From Thermoplasmata archaeon (GTDB lineage: Archaea > Thermoplasmatota > Thermoplasmata > Lutacidiplasmatales > UBA184), in contig JAKAYT010000002.1 of assembly GCA_021826685.1 (NCBI GenBank), positions 27,123 to 91,122 of the forward strand: a stretch of DNA of 64,000 nt. The letters run 5' to 3'. Positions 1 to 10,664 of this stretch are shown here, in pieces; within the stretch, counting starts at the first letter, position 1; every line of letters starts with the position of its first letter. The notes under the pieces are model-generated. The model did not search any database and had not been told where the DNA came from. It saw only the letters and a program-made list of their open reading frames with translations. Both the position numbers and the translations under genes were made by a program.

Positions 1-642
1 GATCCGAACTGCAGCGCGGCCGGTCTTGTCGTCGCGCTCCGCCCGGTCTGGGACCTCCTGCGCCCTCGGGCGGTTCACGTCACGACCTACCAGGCGCTGA
101 GCGGCGCGGGCCTACCGGGCGTCGCCTCGCTCTCGATCACCGATAACGTGGTCCCCTTCATCGCGCGAGAGGAGGAGAAGGTTGCCCAAGAGTCCCAGCG
201 GATGCTCGGCTCCATCTCCGGAGCGTCGATCGCGCCCAGCTCGATCCCGTTCATCGTCCAATGCGCGCGGGTAGCGGTCCGCGACGGTCACCTCGAAGCG
301 ATCACGATCGACGCCCGTCGGCGACCTGCGCTCTCCTCGATCGCGAAGGCCTTTCGGACCTTCGATCCGCTGGTAGGGCACGATCTCCCCAGCGCGCCGC
401 ATCCGGCCGTGATCCTTCGGACCGAGCCGGATCGGCCCCAGCCACTACGCGACCGCTGGGCCGGTGCTCCCGAGCGCGCGCGCGGCATGGCCGTGAGCGT
501 CGGACGGATCCGATGGGAGGCGCCCTTCCTCCGTTTCTTCGCCTTATCGCACAACGCGATCCGGGGCGGCGCCGGAGGCTCGGTCTTGAACGCCGAACTC
601 GCGGCCGAGCGCGGGTATGTAGGACGGGGGCGAGCGAAGTGA
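1..642 (+). CDS. asd: aspartate-semialdehyde dehydrogenase (5'-truncated by window edge)
   Basis: Frame open from base 1: DPNCSAAGL..., TYQALSGAG, NVVPFIAREEEK, CARVAVRDGH, HNAIRGGAGGSVLNAEL. Confidence 0.93.
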   Translation, partial: DPNCSAAGLVVALRPVWDLLRPRAVHVTTYQALSGAGLPGVASLSITDNVVPFIAREEEKVAQESQRMLGSISGASIAPSSIPFIVQCARVAVRDGHLEAITIDARRRPALSSIAKAFRTFDPLVGHDLPSAPHPAVILRTEPDRPQPLRDRWAGAPERARGMAVSVGRIRWEAPFLRFFALSHNAIRGGAGGSVLNAELAAERGYVGRGRAK

Positions 643-1958
643 AAAGGGCTCTCGCTCCGTACGTCGTGAAGTTCGGAGGCGCCTCGGTCGATGCACCGGC
701 GCGTATCGTCGCCCGCGTCCGGGCGCTGCGGAGTCGCGAACCGGGGGTCGTGGTCGTCGCCTCGGCGCGCGCCGGTGTGACGGACCTTTTGAAGTCGGTC
801 CTCGAGTCTCCCGGCGACCGCGCGGGCCATGTTCGTGCCCTCGCCGCCATCGCCCGGCTGCATCCCGACCTCCCAATCTCGGGCCGGCGGCACTTGGAGC
901 GTCTCGCTCGCCTCGTACGCTCGGTCGAGGAATTGGGGGCCGCCGACCCGGCGCTCGCCGACCGGCTCCTGAGCCAAGGAGAACGGCTCGCGGTCGCCGG
1001 GCTCGCCCAACACCTTACCGAGCATGGGATCCCCGCTACCGCCGTCGAGGCGGATCGACTGGGCCTCCTCACGGACGATCACTACGGCCGGGCGACCGTT
1101 CTCATCGACCGCTCGCGCGCCGCGGTCCGAGTCGGGCTCTTCGGCATCCTCGCCGAGGACCAAGTGCCGGTCGTAACCGGCTACTTCGGCCGGAGCCGGG
1201 AGGGCCACGTGGCGACACTGGGCCGGGGGGGTTCGGACTACTCGGCGACGGTGATCGGCGCGATCCTCGGGGCGCGGCGGGTCGAGCTGATCAAGCGGGA
1301 GGTTTCGGTCCTGAGCGCCGACCCCCGGCTGGTCCCGCACGCACGTCCCATCGCGCGGCTCTCCTACGAAGAAGCCGAGGAGCTCGCACAGTTCGGTGCG
1401 AAAGTGCTTCACCCGTTGACGGTGGAGCCGGCGCGCTTGGCGGGTCTCGAGATCGTCGTTCGATCCCTCGAGGATCCGAGAGTGGCGACGACGATCGGAC
1501 CCTCGCAGGGCCCGGACGGGATGCGGGCGGTCACTCTGCTGTCGCCGTTGCGTCTCGTACGGATCCGGGTCCCGGGGGGACGCCAGCGGCCCGGCATCGT
1601 CGCGGAGGTGAGCGAACGCCTGAGCGAGCACGGGATCAACATCGTGACCCTGTTCACTTCCTCGACCAGCCTGAGCCTCGTCCTCGAACGCGGTCGCGGA
1701 CGCCGCGCGCGCGAGGTCCTCAGGCCCATCTTCCCGGCCGGCCCGGCGAAGCTCGAGGGCCCGCTCCCCGTCTCGCTCGTCACCGCGATCGGTGACGGGG
1801 TGCTGGACGACCTCAGCAAGATACCGGCTCCGATCCTCGCGCGAGCCGAGGGCCTGAGCGCCACTCCGCGATCGATCTCGATGGCCGTCCCGATCTCCCG
1901 GGGCGGTGCCGTCGTTCGAGCGTTTCACCGAGCGCTCGTGGAGCCATCCTCCCGATGA
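639..1958 (+). CDS. lysC: aspartate kinase with ACT domain
   Basis: GTG overlapping asd stop (GTGA); VVKFGGASV, LLSQGERL, TLGRGGSDYSA, SADPR, ELAQFGAKVLHP. Confidence 0.93.
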   Translation: MKRALAPYVVKFGGASVDAPARIVARVRALRSREPGVVVVASARAGVTDLLKSVLESPGDRAGHVRALAAIARLHPDLPISGRRHLERLARLVRSVEELGAADPALADRLLSQGERLAVAGLAQHLTEHGIPATAVEADRLGLLTDDHYGRATVLIDRSRAAVRVGLFGILAEDQVPVVTGYFGRSREGHVATLGRGGSDYSATVIGAILGARRVELIKREVSVLSADPRLVPHARPIARLSYEEAEELAQFGAKVLHPLTVEPARLAGLEIVVRSLEDPRVATTIGPSQGPDGMRAVTLLSPLRLVRIRVPGGRQRPGIVAEVSERLSEHGINIVTLFTSSTSLSLVLERGRGRRAREVLRPIFPAGPAKLEGPLPVSLVTAIGDGVLDDLSKIPAPILARAEGLSATPRSISMAVPISRGGAVVRAFHRALVEPSSR

Positions 1959-3160
1959 CCGACGCCTGGGAGGAGTTCTGCCGGAAAGCGGGCGATCGAT
2001 CCGTGGTCGGATACGTGGAACGCGGCGATGCGCCGGGCGCGCCCGGCCGCTGGGCCGCGTCGTTCGTCGATGCGTCGGACCGATTTCGGCTGTCGCCGGG
2101 CGATACGGTGGAAGAGCTCGAGGCCCGGACCCGTCGGTCCCTGCGGGGTGATCCCCATCGCGCGCTCCTCGGGTATGCCGGCTTCGACGCGGTGTCCTTA
2201 TGGGAGCCTTTGCTGCGCGCGGTTCCGTCCGGCGCGCCGTTCCCGCTCGGCGAATTCGCCGTCGTCGACCGGTTGCGCTGGCGCCGAACGGGGCTCCCTC
2301 GGCAGCCGGCGCGGCTTTGGCGGTCGTCGTCGGGCGAGCCCGTTACGCCCCGAGCGGAGACCTTGCCTTCCCGCGCCTACCAACGATCGGTGCGGCGTCT
2401 GCACCGCGCGATCGGCGACGGGGATGCCTTCCAGGTCGTCCTCGCGACGCGGCGACGCTTCGGCCGGCCGGACGATCTGCTCGAGCGGGTCGGACGACTG
2501 CGGGCCCGGGAGCGATTCGCCTACTTCTACTACCTTCGCTTCGATGACCGGGAGATCGTCGGCGCTAGCCCGGAGTCCGTGGTCGAGCTCCGCCCCCCGA
2601 TCGCGACCGTCCACCCGATCGCCGGCACGCTCCCCCGGGCCCAACGCCCCGGTCGACGCGCGCTCTCCCGGGACCCCAAGGAGCTGGCCGAGCACCGGAT
2701 GCTCGTCGATCTCGCCCGCAACGACCTCGGACGGATCTCGGAGCCGGGGTCGGTGCGGGTCGCATGGCGCGAGCGCGGCTATCGCTTCGCACGCCTCCAG
2801 CACCTGGTCAGCCGGGTCGACGGCCGCGTCGTGCGCGGCACCGGACCCTGGGCAGCCCTTGCCGCGACGTTCCCGGCGGGAACGGTCAGCGGCGCGCCGA
2901 AGATCCGGGCAACGCAGCTGATCCGCCGGGAGGAAGCGACCTGGAGGGGCCCCTACGCGGGGACCGTCGGCCTGCTCACCGGCGACGGGGACGCCGCTTG
3001 GGCCCTTGCGATCCGCACGGCATTTACGGCCGGATCCGATCTCTACACCGCCGCCGGCGCGGGGATCGTCTGGGATTCCCAACCCGAGCGCGAGTACGAC
3101 GAGGTCCGGGTAAAGCTCGGCATGGTCGAGGCATCATTGGTCGGCCGGAGGGAGCGATGA
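1955..3160 (+). CDS. trpE: anthranilate synthase component I
   Basis: GDAFQVV, GASPE, PIAGT, KELAEHRMLVDLARND, FPAGTVSGAPKIRA, AGAGIVWDS; first gene of trp cluster. Confidence 0.9.
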   Translation: MTDAWEEFCRKAGDRSVVGYVERGDAPGAPGRWAASFVDASDRFRLSPGDTVEELEARTRRSLRGDPHRALLGYAGFDAVSLWEPLLRAVPSGAPFPLGEFAVVDRLRWRRTGLPRQPARLWRSSSGEPVTPRAETLPSRAYQRSVRRLHRAIGDGDAFQVVLATRRRFGRPDDLLERVGRLRARERFAYFYYLRFDDREIVGASPESVVELRPPIATVHPIAGTLPRAQRPGRRALSRDPKELAEHRMLVDLARNDLGRISEPGSVRVAWRERGYRFARLQHLVSRVDGRVVRGTGPWAALAATFPAGTVSGAPKIRATQLIRREEATWRGPYAGTVGLLTGDGDAAWALAIRTAFTAGSDLYTAAGAGIVWDSQPEREYDEVRVKLGMVEASLVGRRER

Positions 3161-3735
3161 AGGTGGTTCTCGTGGACCACGAGGACTCGTTCGTCTACAA
3201 TCTCGCCCAGGCCCTGGAGGCCCAGGGCGTCGACGTCCACACGGTCCGTTACACGGTCCCGTTCCGCGAGGTGGAGCGACGCGACGCCGATGGGTTCGTC
3301 CTCTCTCCGGGTCCGGGACATCCGCGGGATCAACGGGTCACCGGCCTCGCGCGAAAGATCCTGTCCACGTGGGGCGGCGAGCGGCCGGTCCTCGGGGTCT
3401 GCCTGGGCCACCAGATCATCGGAGACGTCTACGGGGGGCGGGTGATCCACGGCACCCCCGTGCACGGCCGGACCGCGCCGGTGTTCCACGAGCGGGACCC
3501 GCTCTACGAAGGCGTCCCCAACCCGTTCGCGGCGGCCCGATACCACTCGTTGGTCGTCGACCGACGCTCCCTCCCTTCGGATCTCGTTCGAACGGCCTCG
3601 ACGCGGGACGGAACGGTGATGGGCCTGCGTCACCGCCACCGACCGGTGAGCGGGGTCCAGTTCCACCCCGAGTCCTTCCTTACCCAAGGGGGATCCACCT
3701 TGCTGGCGAACTTCCTCAAGGAGGTCCGCGGATGA
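3157..3735 (+). CDS. trpG: anthranilate synthase component II (glutamine amidotransferase)
   Basis: ATGA overlap; DSFVYNL, SPGPGHP, GVCLGHQ, RYHSL, QFHPES. Confidence 0.93.
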   Translation: MKVVLVDHEDSFVYNLAQALEAQGVDVHTVRYTVPFREVERRDADGFVLSPGPGHPRDQRVTGLARKILSTWGGERPVLGVCLGHQIIGDVYGGRVIHGTPVHGRTAPVFHERDPLYEGVPNPFAAARYHSLVVDRRSLPSDLVRTASTRDGTVMGLRHRHRPVSGVQFHPESFLTQGGSTLLANFLKEVRG

Positions 3736-4781
3736 GCACGGAGCTTCTCGCACGCGTCGTCCGGGGCGAGCAACTGTCTCGCTCCGACGTGCTCCAAATC
3801 CTCGACGTTCTATGCGATCCGGCGGAGCCGGACCCTCGCAAGGCCGCGCTTCTCGCGGCGTGGGCGGCCAAGGGGGAGACCACCGAAGAGCTCGCGTCGT
3901 TCGCGATCGCGCTGCGCGAGAGAGCGGTTCCCTTCCCCGGACCTCGCGCGCATCGTGCCGTCGACCTCTGCGGCTCGGGAGGGGCGCCTCGGCCGTCGTT
4001 CAACGTCGGCACGGTGAGCACGTTCGTGATCCGGGCAGCGGGAGTCCCGGTGGCGAAACATGGGAACCGGAGCCTGCGGGGGAAAGCGGGGGGATGGGCG
4101 GGTTCCAGCGACCTCGTGGAGGCGTTGGGCCTTCCCGCGCTCGAGTCCCGTGCATTCGCGCGGGCCGCGTTCGACCGAGAGCGGATCACGTTCCTTCATG
4201 CGCCGCTCTATCACGCGGGGACCCGGGCCGTCGCGTCCGTTCGCGCGCAGCTCGGCATCCGCACGATCTTCAACCTGATCGGACCGCTCACCAACCCTGC
4301 GTCCGTCCCGTTCCAGGTGGTGGGATGCCCGGACCTTCCGACCGCCGCCCGCATCGCACCGGTCCTCGCCCGGATGGGCGTACGGCGCGGCCTCACCGTC
4401 GCCTCCCGGGACGGGACGGATGAGTTCTCGTCCCGGGCGATGTCCTTCACCTACCCAGTGGGGAAAGGATCGGCGCGTCGTAGGAGCGTCGACCCGCGCC
4501 AATGGTTGCGCCCCGAGGATCGCCGAGGCTCGCTGGACGCGTTGCCCTCGGCCGCGGCGGCCCAGGAGACCGAACGGATCCTCGCCGGAGGCACCGGCGC
4601 CCGTCGCGGCAGCGTGCTCCTCACGAGCGGGGCGGCCCTGTGGGTGCGAGGGGACGCGCCCAGCCTGCGCGCGGGTATCGACCGCGCGCAGGAGGCCCTC
4701 GATTCCGGCGCCGCCGAGGAAGTGCTCGCTCGGCTGCGCGACCTTGCGGCCTCGAGGTCGTGGCCGAAGGAGGGACCGTGA
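3732..4781 (+). CDS. trpD: anthranilate phosphoribosyltransferase
   Basis: ATGA overlap; DLCGSGG, AKHGNRS, GSSD, RTIFNLIGPLTNP, GTDE. Confidence 0.92.
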   Translation: MSTELLARVVRGEQLSRSDVLQILDVLCDPAEPDPRKAALLAAWAAKGETTEELASFAIALRERAVPFPGPRAHRAVDLCGSGGAPRPSFNVGTVSTFVIRAAGVPVAKHGNRSLRGKAGGWAGSSDLVEALGLPALESRAFARAAFDRERITFLHAPLYHAGTRAVASVRAQLGIRTIFNLIGPLTNPASVPFQVVGCPDLPTAARIAPVLARMGVRRGLTVASRDGTDEFSSRAMSFTYPVGKGSARRRSVDPRQWLRPEDRRGSLDALPSAAAAQETERILAGGTGARRGSVLLTSGAALWVRGDAPSLRAGIDRAQEALDSGAAEEVLARLRDLAASRSWPKEGP

Positions 4782-5581
4782 CGTTCCTGGCTTCGATCCT
4801 CGATGCGGTGCGAGCGGAAGTGCGTTCTCCGACGTACCTTCGCGGCCTGCCCGAACGCGCGGTGTTTCCCCCGGCGTCGTTGAGAGAACGGCTCGCCAGC
4901 GCTCCGTACCGCTGGGCGGTGATGGTGGAGTACAAGCGTCGGTCTCCCGGCGCGCGCGCTCCGAACCTCCCGGAGCGAACGGTCGACGAGTTCGCCCGAC
5001 TCGCCTCCCGAGGCGGTGCCGCGGCCCTCTCGTGCCTCGCGACCCGCCCGGGGTTCGACGGATCGGTCCTCGACGTCCACGCCCTGGTCCGATCGACCCG
5101 TCTGCCGGTGCTGTTCAAGGACTTCGTGATCGACGAGCGCCAGATCGAGGCCGCATCGCGCGCGGGGGCGAGCGCGGTGCTCCTCATCGCGCGTCTCGAG
5201 ACGGAAGAACGGCTCGATCGGCCGCTCGCGGAGCTCGCCGATGCCGCCCATCGCTCCGGGCTCGAAGTCCTCCTCGAGTTCCATGCCCCGGAAGAGCTCA
5301 AGGTGGCCGGTCGCGTGGACGCCGACATGTACGGAGTGAACCTGCGCGATCTCGACGGGCTCGGCTTCGAGCCGGAGGTCGTGGCTCGGACCGTACGGGA
5401 GGCCCCGCGAGGCCGGCCCCTGCTGGGCCTCAGCGGTGTAGAGCGGGCTAGCGACGCGCGGGCCTGGCGAGCGCGCGGGGTGGATGGAATCCTCGTGGGG
5501 AGCGGCTTTGCGCGGGCGGAGGATCCGGCCGCGTTCCTGCGCGAGGTCGTTCGAGTCGGCGAGGATACCGAATCTGTATGA
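4778..5581 (+). CDS. trpC: indole-3-glycerol phosphate synthase
   Basis: GTGA overlap; EYKRRSP, PVLFKDFVID, GASAVLLI, GVNLRDL. Confidence 0.92.
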   Translation: MTFLASILDAVRAEVRSPTYLRGLPERAVFPPASLRERLASAPYRWAVMVEYKRRSPGARAPNLPERTVDEFARLASRGGAAALSCLATRPGFDGSVLDVHALVRSTRLPVLFKDFVIDERQIEAASRAGASAVLLIARLETEERLDRPLAELADAAHRSGLEVLLEFHAPEELKVAGRVDADMYGVNLRDLDGLGFEPEVVARTVREAPRGRPLLGLSGVERASDARAWRARGVDGILVGSGFARAEDPAAFLREVVRVGEDTESV

Positions 5582-6231
5582 GGAAGACCTTCGTCAAATT
5601 CTGCGGCATCACGGACCCGACCACGCTCCCCCATGCGCCGCCGGGCGGCGCCGTCGGATTCGTGGTCGACGTTCCCTCGTCTCCGCGGAGCGTCAGTTAC
5701 GAGCGCGCGCAGGCGCTGGCGGAGGACGTGCCGTCCGAGACCGAGGTGTGGGCCGTGGTCGTCCGCCCGTCGGCGGAGAGCATCCACCGCCTGTTCGATG
5801 AGGTCGGCGTGGACTGGATCCAGGTCCACGGAAGCATACCCGAGGGCCTCGACCCCATCGAACGGCATCGCCTCGTCCCGTCGATGGCGATCCCGCCCGG
5901 AGGATCGGAGGTGCCACCGCCTCCCCTGCCCGCGGACACCGAGATCCGACGCCTGCACCTCGATGTGGCGGGCGCCTCGTCTCCCGGGGGAACCGGGCAG
6001 GTCCCGAGCTGGTCGGCCTGCGCCTCGGTCGTCGAGCGGATGGCCGGCTGCAAAGTCCTGCTGGGCGGAGGACTGAACGCGGACAACGTGGCGGAGGCTC
6101 TCTCCACCGTCCGCCCGTGGGGCGTCGATGTCTCGTCGGGGATCGAGTCGGCTCCGGGGGTCAAGGACCCCGAGCGGATGCGTCGCTTTCTGGAAGCCGT
6201 GGACGGCTGGGAGTCCTCGAGCCATGCCTAG
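5578..6231 (+). CDS. trpF: phosphoribosylanthranilate isomerase
   Basis: [33 protein letters not shown]. Confidence 0.93.
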   Translation: MRKTFVKFCGITDPTTLPHAPPGGAVGFVVDVPSSPRSVSYERAQALAEDVPSETEVWAVVVRPSAESIHRLFDEVGVDWIQVHGSIPEGLDPIERHRLVPSMAIPPGGSEVPPPPLPADTEIRRLHLDVAGASSPGGTGQVPSWSACASVVERMAGCKVLLGGGLNADNVAEALSTVRPWGVDVSSGIESAPGVKDPERMRRFLEAVDGWESSSHA

Positions 6232-7387
6232 CCGCTACGGCCCCTACGGCGGCGCCTTCGTTCCCGAGACGTTGGTCCCGGCGCTCGAAGAGCTGGAACG
6301 GACCTGGAAGGCGGCCCGGAGGGACGCAGGGTTCCGTCGCGAGCTCTCTCGCTACTCCCGGTCCCTCGGGGGCCGGCCGACGCCGCTCTACTTCGCCGAG
6401 CGCCTGAGCCGAAGGGCCGGAGGCGCCCAGATCTGGCTGAAACGCGAGGACCTCGTCCACGGCGGAGCGCACAAGTTCAACAACGCGCTCGGCCAGGGAC
6501 TGCTCGCGCGCCGCATGGGCAAGCCCCGGCTGATCGCGGAGACCGGCGCGGGCCAGCACGGCGTCGCGACCGCAATGATCGGCGCCGCGCTGGGTCTGAG
6601 GACGGAGATCTACATGGGCGAGGTCGATATGGAGCGCCAGCGACCGAACGTCCTGCGGATGCAATTGCTCGGCGCCGAAGTGCACCCGGTGACGAGCGGC
6701 CAGCGAACCCTCAAGGACGCCATCAACGCGGCGTTGCGCGATTGGATCGCCAACGTCCGCACTACGCACTACCTGCTCGGCAGCGCGGTCGGCCCCCACC
6801 CGTTCCCGGCGATCGTCGCCGACTTTCAGAGCGTGATCGGCCGGGAGATCGCCCGCGCGGCGACCCGCCTGTGGGGTCGCCCGCCGGACCTGGCGGTCGC
6901 CTGCGTCGGGGGCGGCTCGAATGCGATCGGCACGTTCCATCCGCTCTTGCGGACCCGAACCGAGCTGCTCGGTGTCGAAGCCGGCGGACCCCGGGGCCAC
7001 CCGACCGGCGCGGCATCCCTCGCGAGGGGCCGACCCGGCATCCTCCACGGTACCTACTCCTACGTGCTCCAGGACCGGGACGGAGAGATCCGCGACACCG
7101 CGAGCATCTCGGCGGGCCTCGACTATGCCGGCGTCGGCCCGGAGCACGCCTTCCTCAAAGACTCCGGACGCGCCCGCTACGTCGCGGTCCACGACGAGGA
7201 CGCGCTGCGCGCGTTCCGTTGGCTGTGCGAGGACGAGGGGATCATCCCGGCGCTCGAGCCCTCGCACGCGATCTTCGCCGCCGTCCGGGAAGCGCGCCGG
7301 CGTCCGACGTCGCACCATATCGTCGTGACCCTCTCCGGGCGCGGCGACAAGGACCTCGAGGTGGTCGGTCGTGCGATCGGGGCCTGA
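6224..7387 (+). CDS. trpB: tryptophan synthase beta chain (TrpB1 type)
   Basis: [53 protein letters not shown]. Confidence 0.96.
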   Translation: MPSRYGPYGGAFVPETLVPALEELERTWKAARRDAGFRRELSRYSRSLGGRPTPLYFAERLSRRAGGAQIWLKREDLVHGGAHKFNNALGQGLLARRMGKPRLIAETGAGQHGVATAMIGAALGLRTEIYMGEVDMERQRPNVLRMQLLGAEVHPVTSGQRTLKDAINAALRDWIANVRTTHYLLGSAVGPHPFPAIVADFQSVIGREIARAATRLWGRPPDLAVACVGGGSNAIGTFHPLLRTRTELLGVEAGGPRGHPTGAASLARGRPGILHGTYSYVLQDRDGEIRDTASISAGLDYAGVGPEHAFLKDSGRARYVAVHDEDALRAFRWLCEDEGIIPALEPSHAIFAAVREARRRPTSHHIVVTLSGRGDKDLEVVGRAIGA

Positions 7388-8159
7388 TCCGGCTCTCGGA
7401 CGCCGGCGACGCGCGCTGGTGGCCTACTACATGGTCGATCGCGCTCGGAACGGTCGATACACGTCGCTGGCGATCGCGGCACGCGACGCAGGTGCGACCC
7501 GTCTCGAGCTGGGCTTTCCGTTCTCGGATCCGATCGCCGACGGCCCCATCCTCCAGGAGGCGGCGGACCGCGCGCTGCGCCATGGGACCCACTGGGACGA
7601 CCTACGGTCGGCCATCCGCGAGACCTCCAAGGTCCTCCCGACGATCGTGATGAGCTACGCGAACCCCTTGTGGACGCGCGGTCTCGCCCGCTCGCTCGCG
7701 AACCTTCGGGAAGCGGGAGCCGCGGGGCTCATCGTGCCGGATCTCTCGCTGGAGGAGTCGCCGCCGTGGCGCCGGGCCGCCCGACGCGCCGGCCTCGACC
7801 TCACCCTGCTCGCCGCCCCGGGCTCGCCGCTCGCCCGGATCGATGCGCTCGCCCGTGCGAGTCGCGGTTTCCTCTACCTCGTCTCGCGCTACGGAACGAC
7901 CGGCGGCGGAGAGATCTCCCGGTCCGCGGATCTGGTCCCATTGGTCCGATCGGCCCATGCGGCGGCTCCCGAGCTCCCCGTCTACGTAGGGTTCGGGATC
8001 CGCGATCGCCGGACGGCCCGGCGCGCGATGGCGAGCGGGGCGGACGGCGTCATCGTCGCGAGCGCGCTCGAGTCGGCGCTCGCCCGCCGTCCTTCGATGG
8101 CGACCGTCCCGCGCGTGCTAAGACCCATCGCTTCGGCCGTGGGCACCGGCGGGGCCTGA
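7371..8159 (+). CDS. trpA: tryptophan synthase alpha chain
   Basis: [40 protein letters not shown]. Confidence 0.93.
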   Translation: MRSGPDPALGRRRRALVAYYMVDRARNGRYTSLAIAARDAGATRLELGFPFSDPIADGPILQEAADRALRHGTHWDDLRSAIRETSKVLPTIVMSYANPLWTRGLARSLANLREAGAAGLIVPDLSLEESPPWRRAARRAGLDLTLLAAPGSPLARIDALARASRGFLYLVSRYGTTGGGEISRSADLVPLVRSAHAAAPELPVYVGFGIRDRRTARRAMASGADGVIVASALESALARRPSMATVPRVLRPIASAVGTGGA

Positions 8160-8173
8160 GGGGGCGCGGCCCG

Positions 8174-8179
8174 TTATAT
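8174..8179 (+). promoter_or_regulatory. TATA box for amidohydrolase-sufS unit
   Basis: TTATAT about 24 nt upstream of ATG 8203 in GC-rich background (leaderless spacing). Confidence 0.55.
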
Positions 8180-8202
8180 CAACGGGCGGTCTCGTGCGGG
8201 AG

Positions 8203-9399
8203 ATGCCGTCCCGGCGGGAGCCGCCGTTGGGGGCCGCGCGACGTCTGCTGCCTCGCATGCGAGCATGGCGCGAGGCGTTCCATCGCGAGCCCGAACTATC
8301 GTACCACGAGAAGGCGACGCGGGAGAAGGTCACCGCCGCGCTCGACGAGCTGGGGATCCCGTACCGCACGTACTCCGGATTCTATGGGGTACTGGCCCTC
8401 CTCGGGGAAGGGCGGCCCGGCCCGGTGGTCGCGTTGCGCGCGGACATGGACGCCCTGCCGGTCACGGAGGCAACGGGGCTCCCCTACCGTTCTCGGATCG
8501 AGGGAAGGATGCACGCCTGCGGCCACGACGTGCACATGGCGGCGCTGCTCGGGGCCGGGGCGATCCTCGCGGAGCGGCGACGCTCGCTCGCCGGGCCGGT
8601 GAAGCTGATCTTCCAGCCCGCCGAGGAAGACGGCCGGGAGGGGGGAGCTCTGCCGTTCCTGAGACGGGGTTGCCTCCGGGACCCGAAGGTCGATCATATC
8701 GTGGGCCAGCACGTCGATCCCGCGGTCCCGGCCGGCATGGTCGGCCTGAAACCGGGGGCCTGCATGGCCGCGGCCGACACGGTCCGCATCGTCGTCCACG
8801 GTCACGGGGGTCACGCCTCGTCTCCGCACCAGGGACCCGATGCCGTGTTGATCGCGGCCGAGATCGTCCAGGGCCTCCAAGCGCTCGTCAGCCGGGTACG
8901 GAACCCGGTCGATCCCGTCGTCGTGAGCGTCGGCTCGATCCATGGCGGTACGCGCCACAATATCCTACCGGAAGAAGTGACGCTCGAGGGGACGGTGCGC
9001 ACGCTCCGCCCCGCGACGCGCGACCTGATGGAACGCGCGCTGCACCGGCGCGTTCGCGCGATCGCCGAGAGCCTGGGCGCCCGCGCGTCCATCTCGTACG
9101 AGCGGGGGTATCCCACGCTGTGGAACCCGCCCGCCGAAACGCTCCGGATCGAGCAAGGGCTCATCGCGGCCCTGGGACAAGCCAGGGTCCGAGAGCTCGA
9201 GTTCCCCATCATGGGCGCCGAGGATTTCGCGCGGTACCTCGAGCGGGTTCCGGGAACCTTCATGCGGCTCGGGGCGGCGACGCGAGGCACGGCCGCCTCG
9301 CTGCACAGCGCGTCGTTCGCCCCGCCCGAGGAGTCGCTGCAGGTCGGAGCGGCCGCGTTGGTCGCGGCCACCGATGTGCTGCAGCGGTCGAGGGCATGA
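8203..9399 (+). CDS. M20 family amidohydrolase/carboxypeptidase
   Basis: HREPELS, LRADMDALP, MHACGHDVH, FQPAEE, GAEDF. Confidence 0.92.
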   Translation: MPSRREPPLGAARRLLPRMRAWREAFHREPELSYHEKATREKVTAALDELGIPYRTYSGFYGVLALLGEGRPGPVVALRADMDALPVTEATGLPYRSRIEGRMHACGHDVHMAALLGAGAILAERRRSLAGPVKLIFQPAEEDGREGGALPFLRRGCLRDPKVDHIVGQHVDPAVPAGMVGLKPGACMAAADTVRIVVHGHGGHASSPHQGPDAVLIAAEIVQGLQALVSRVRNPVDPVVVSVGSIHGGTRHNILPEEVTLEGTVRTLRPATRDLMERALHRRVRAIAESLGARASISYERGYPTLWNPPAETLRIEQGLIAALGQARVRELEFPIMGAEDFARYLERVPGTFMRLGAATRGTAASLHSASFAPPEESLQVGAAALVAATDVLQRSRA

Positions 9400-10664
9400 G
9401 CCTCGACCGCGCCCGTCGGGACTTCCCGGCGCTGAGGCGTCGTCGCGGGAAGCGCCCCCCGACCTACCTCGATTCGGCCTGTATCTCCCTCGTTCCGCGC
9501 GCGACCGTGAACGCCATGGAGGAGTACTATGCAGAGTACCCGGCATGCGCCGGACGCAGCTTCCATCGATGGTCCGAGACCGTCGGTCGTCGGTACGAGG
9601 AGGCCCGCGAGGCCATCGCCCGCTTCGCGGGAGCCTCGGACCCCACCGGGCTCATCTTCCTACGGAACACCACCGAAGCGATCAACCTCGTCGGCCAAGG
9701 ACTCGCATGGAAGCGCGGAGAGCGGGTGCTGATCACCGGCCAGGAGCACAACTCGAACCTGATCGTGTGGCAGCGGCTCGCCGCCGAACGGGGGATCCGC
9801 ATCGAAGTGCTGGATCTGCCCGAAGACGGCAGCTTCCCGTCCGAAGCGCTGGAGGAGCGCCTCGCCGGTGGGATCCGGTTGGTCAGCGTGTTCCATGCCT
9901 CGAACCTCGACGGACGAAGCCTCCCGATCCGCGAGATCGTCGAGCGCGCGCATGATCGCGGCACGCTCTGCCTGTTCGATGGGGCCCAGTCGGCGCCGCA
10001 TCGGGCGATCCACTTTGACCGGGTCGGCGCGGACTTCTACGCGTTCAGCGGGCACAAGATGCTCGGACCCACCGGAACGGGACTGCTGCTCGGTCGCCGA
10101 GAGCATCTGGAAGAGCTCCGCCCGCTCGTCGTCGGCGGGGAGACCGTCGCCTGGAGCCGCTTGGACGCGCACGAACTGCGTCCCCCCCCGTATCGGTTCG
10201 AGGCGGGCCTTCAGAACTATGCCGGGGTTCTCGGCGCCCGCGCGGGGATCGACTACCTCGTGGGCTGCGGACTTGCCGAGGTCGAGGCGCGGCAACGCGA
10301 GCTCAACCGTTTCGTGACCCGCGCGCTCGCGGAGGAGCCGAGGATCCACGTGCTGGGCCCGGCCGACCCCGCCGATCGCCCGAGCATCTTTGGCTTCACG
10401 GTGGACGGCATCGATCCGCATGACGTCGCTCTATTCCTCGACTCCGGCTACCAGGTCCTCGTCCGGTCGGGCATGCACTGCGTCCACTCTTGGTACGACC
10501 GCCGAGGGATCGCCGGTAGCGTGCGCGCGTCCTTCTACCTGTACAACGACCGCTATGACGCGACGGCCCTGGTACGCGGGCTGCGCGAGCTCATCCGTAG
10601 GGTCCCGAGCGGGTCCTCCGCGAGGGTTCGGTCGCGGATCCGTCCGCGAACGGATCCGGGCTAG
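9396..10664 (+). CDS. class V aminotransferase, SufS-like cysteine desulfurase
   Basis: ATGA overlap; YLDSA, NTTEAIN, EHNSN, DGAQ, FSGHKMLGPTG, RFEAG, VRSGMHC. Confidence 0.88.
   Translation: MSLDRARRDFPALRRRRGKRPPTYLDSACISLVPRATVNAMEEYYAEYPACAGRSFHRWSETVGRRYEEAREAIARFAGASDPTGLIFLRNTTEAINLVGQGLAWKRGERVLITGQEHNSNLIVWQRLAAERGIRIEVLDLPEDGSFPSEALEERLAGGIRLVSVFHASNLDGRSLPIREIVERAHDRGTLCLFDGAQSAPHRAIHFDRVGADFYAFSGHKMLGPTGTGLLLGRREHLEELRPLVVGGETVAWSRLDAHELRPPPYRFEAGLQNYAGVLGARAGIDYLVGCGLAEVEARQRELNRFVTRALAEEPRIHVLGPADPADRPSIFGFTVDGIDPHDVALFLDSGYQVLVRSGMHCVHSWYDRRGIAGSVRASFYLYNDRYDATALVRGLRELIRRVPSGSSARVRSRIRPRTDPG

Noticed and set aside
8265-9395. Apparent long N-terminal extensions or fusions in the ORF track (SufS 799 aa, HMGS 558 aa, S4e 455 aa, AlaXp 534 aa, MMPL 1101 aa)
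   Set aside because: The extensions overlap upstream genes; true starts lie at ATGA/GTGA junctions or just after TATA boxes.
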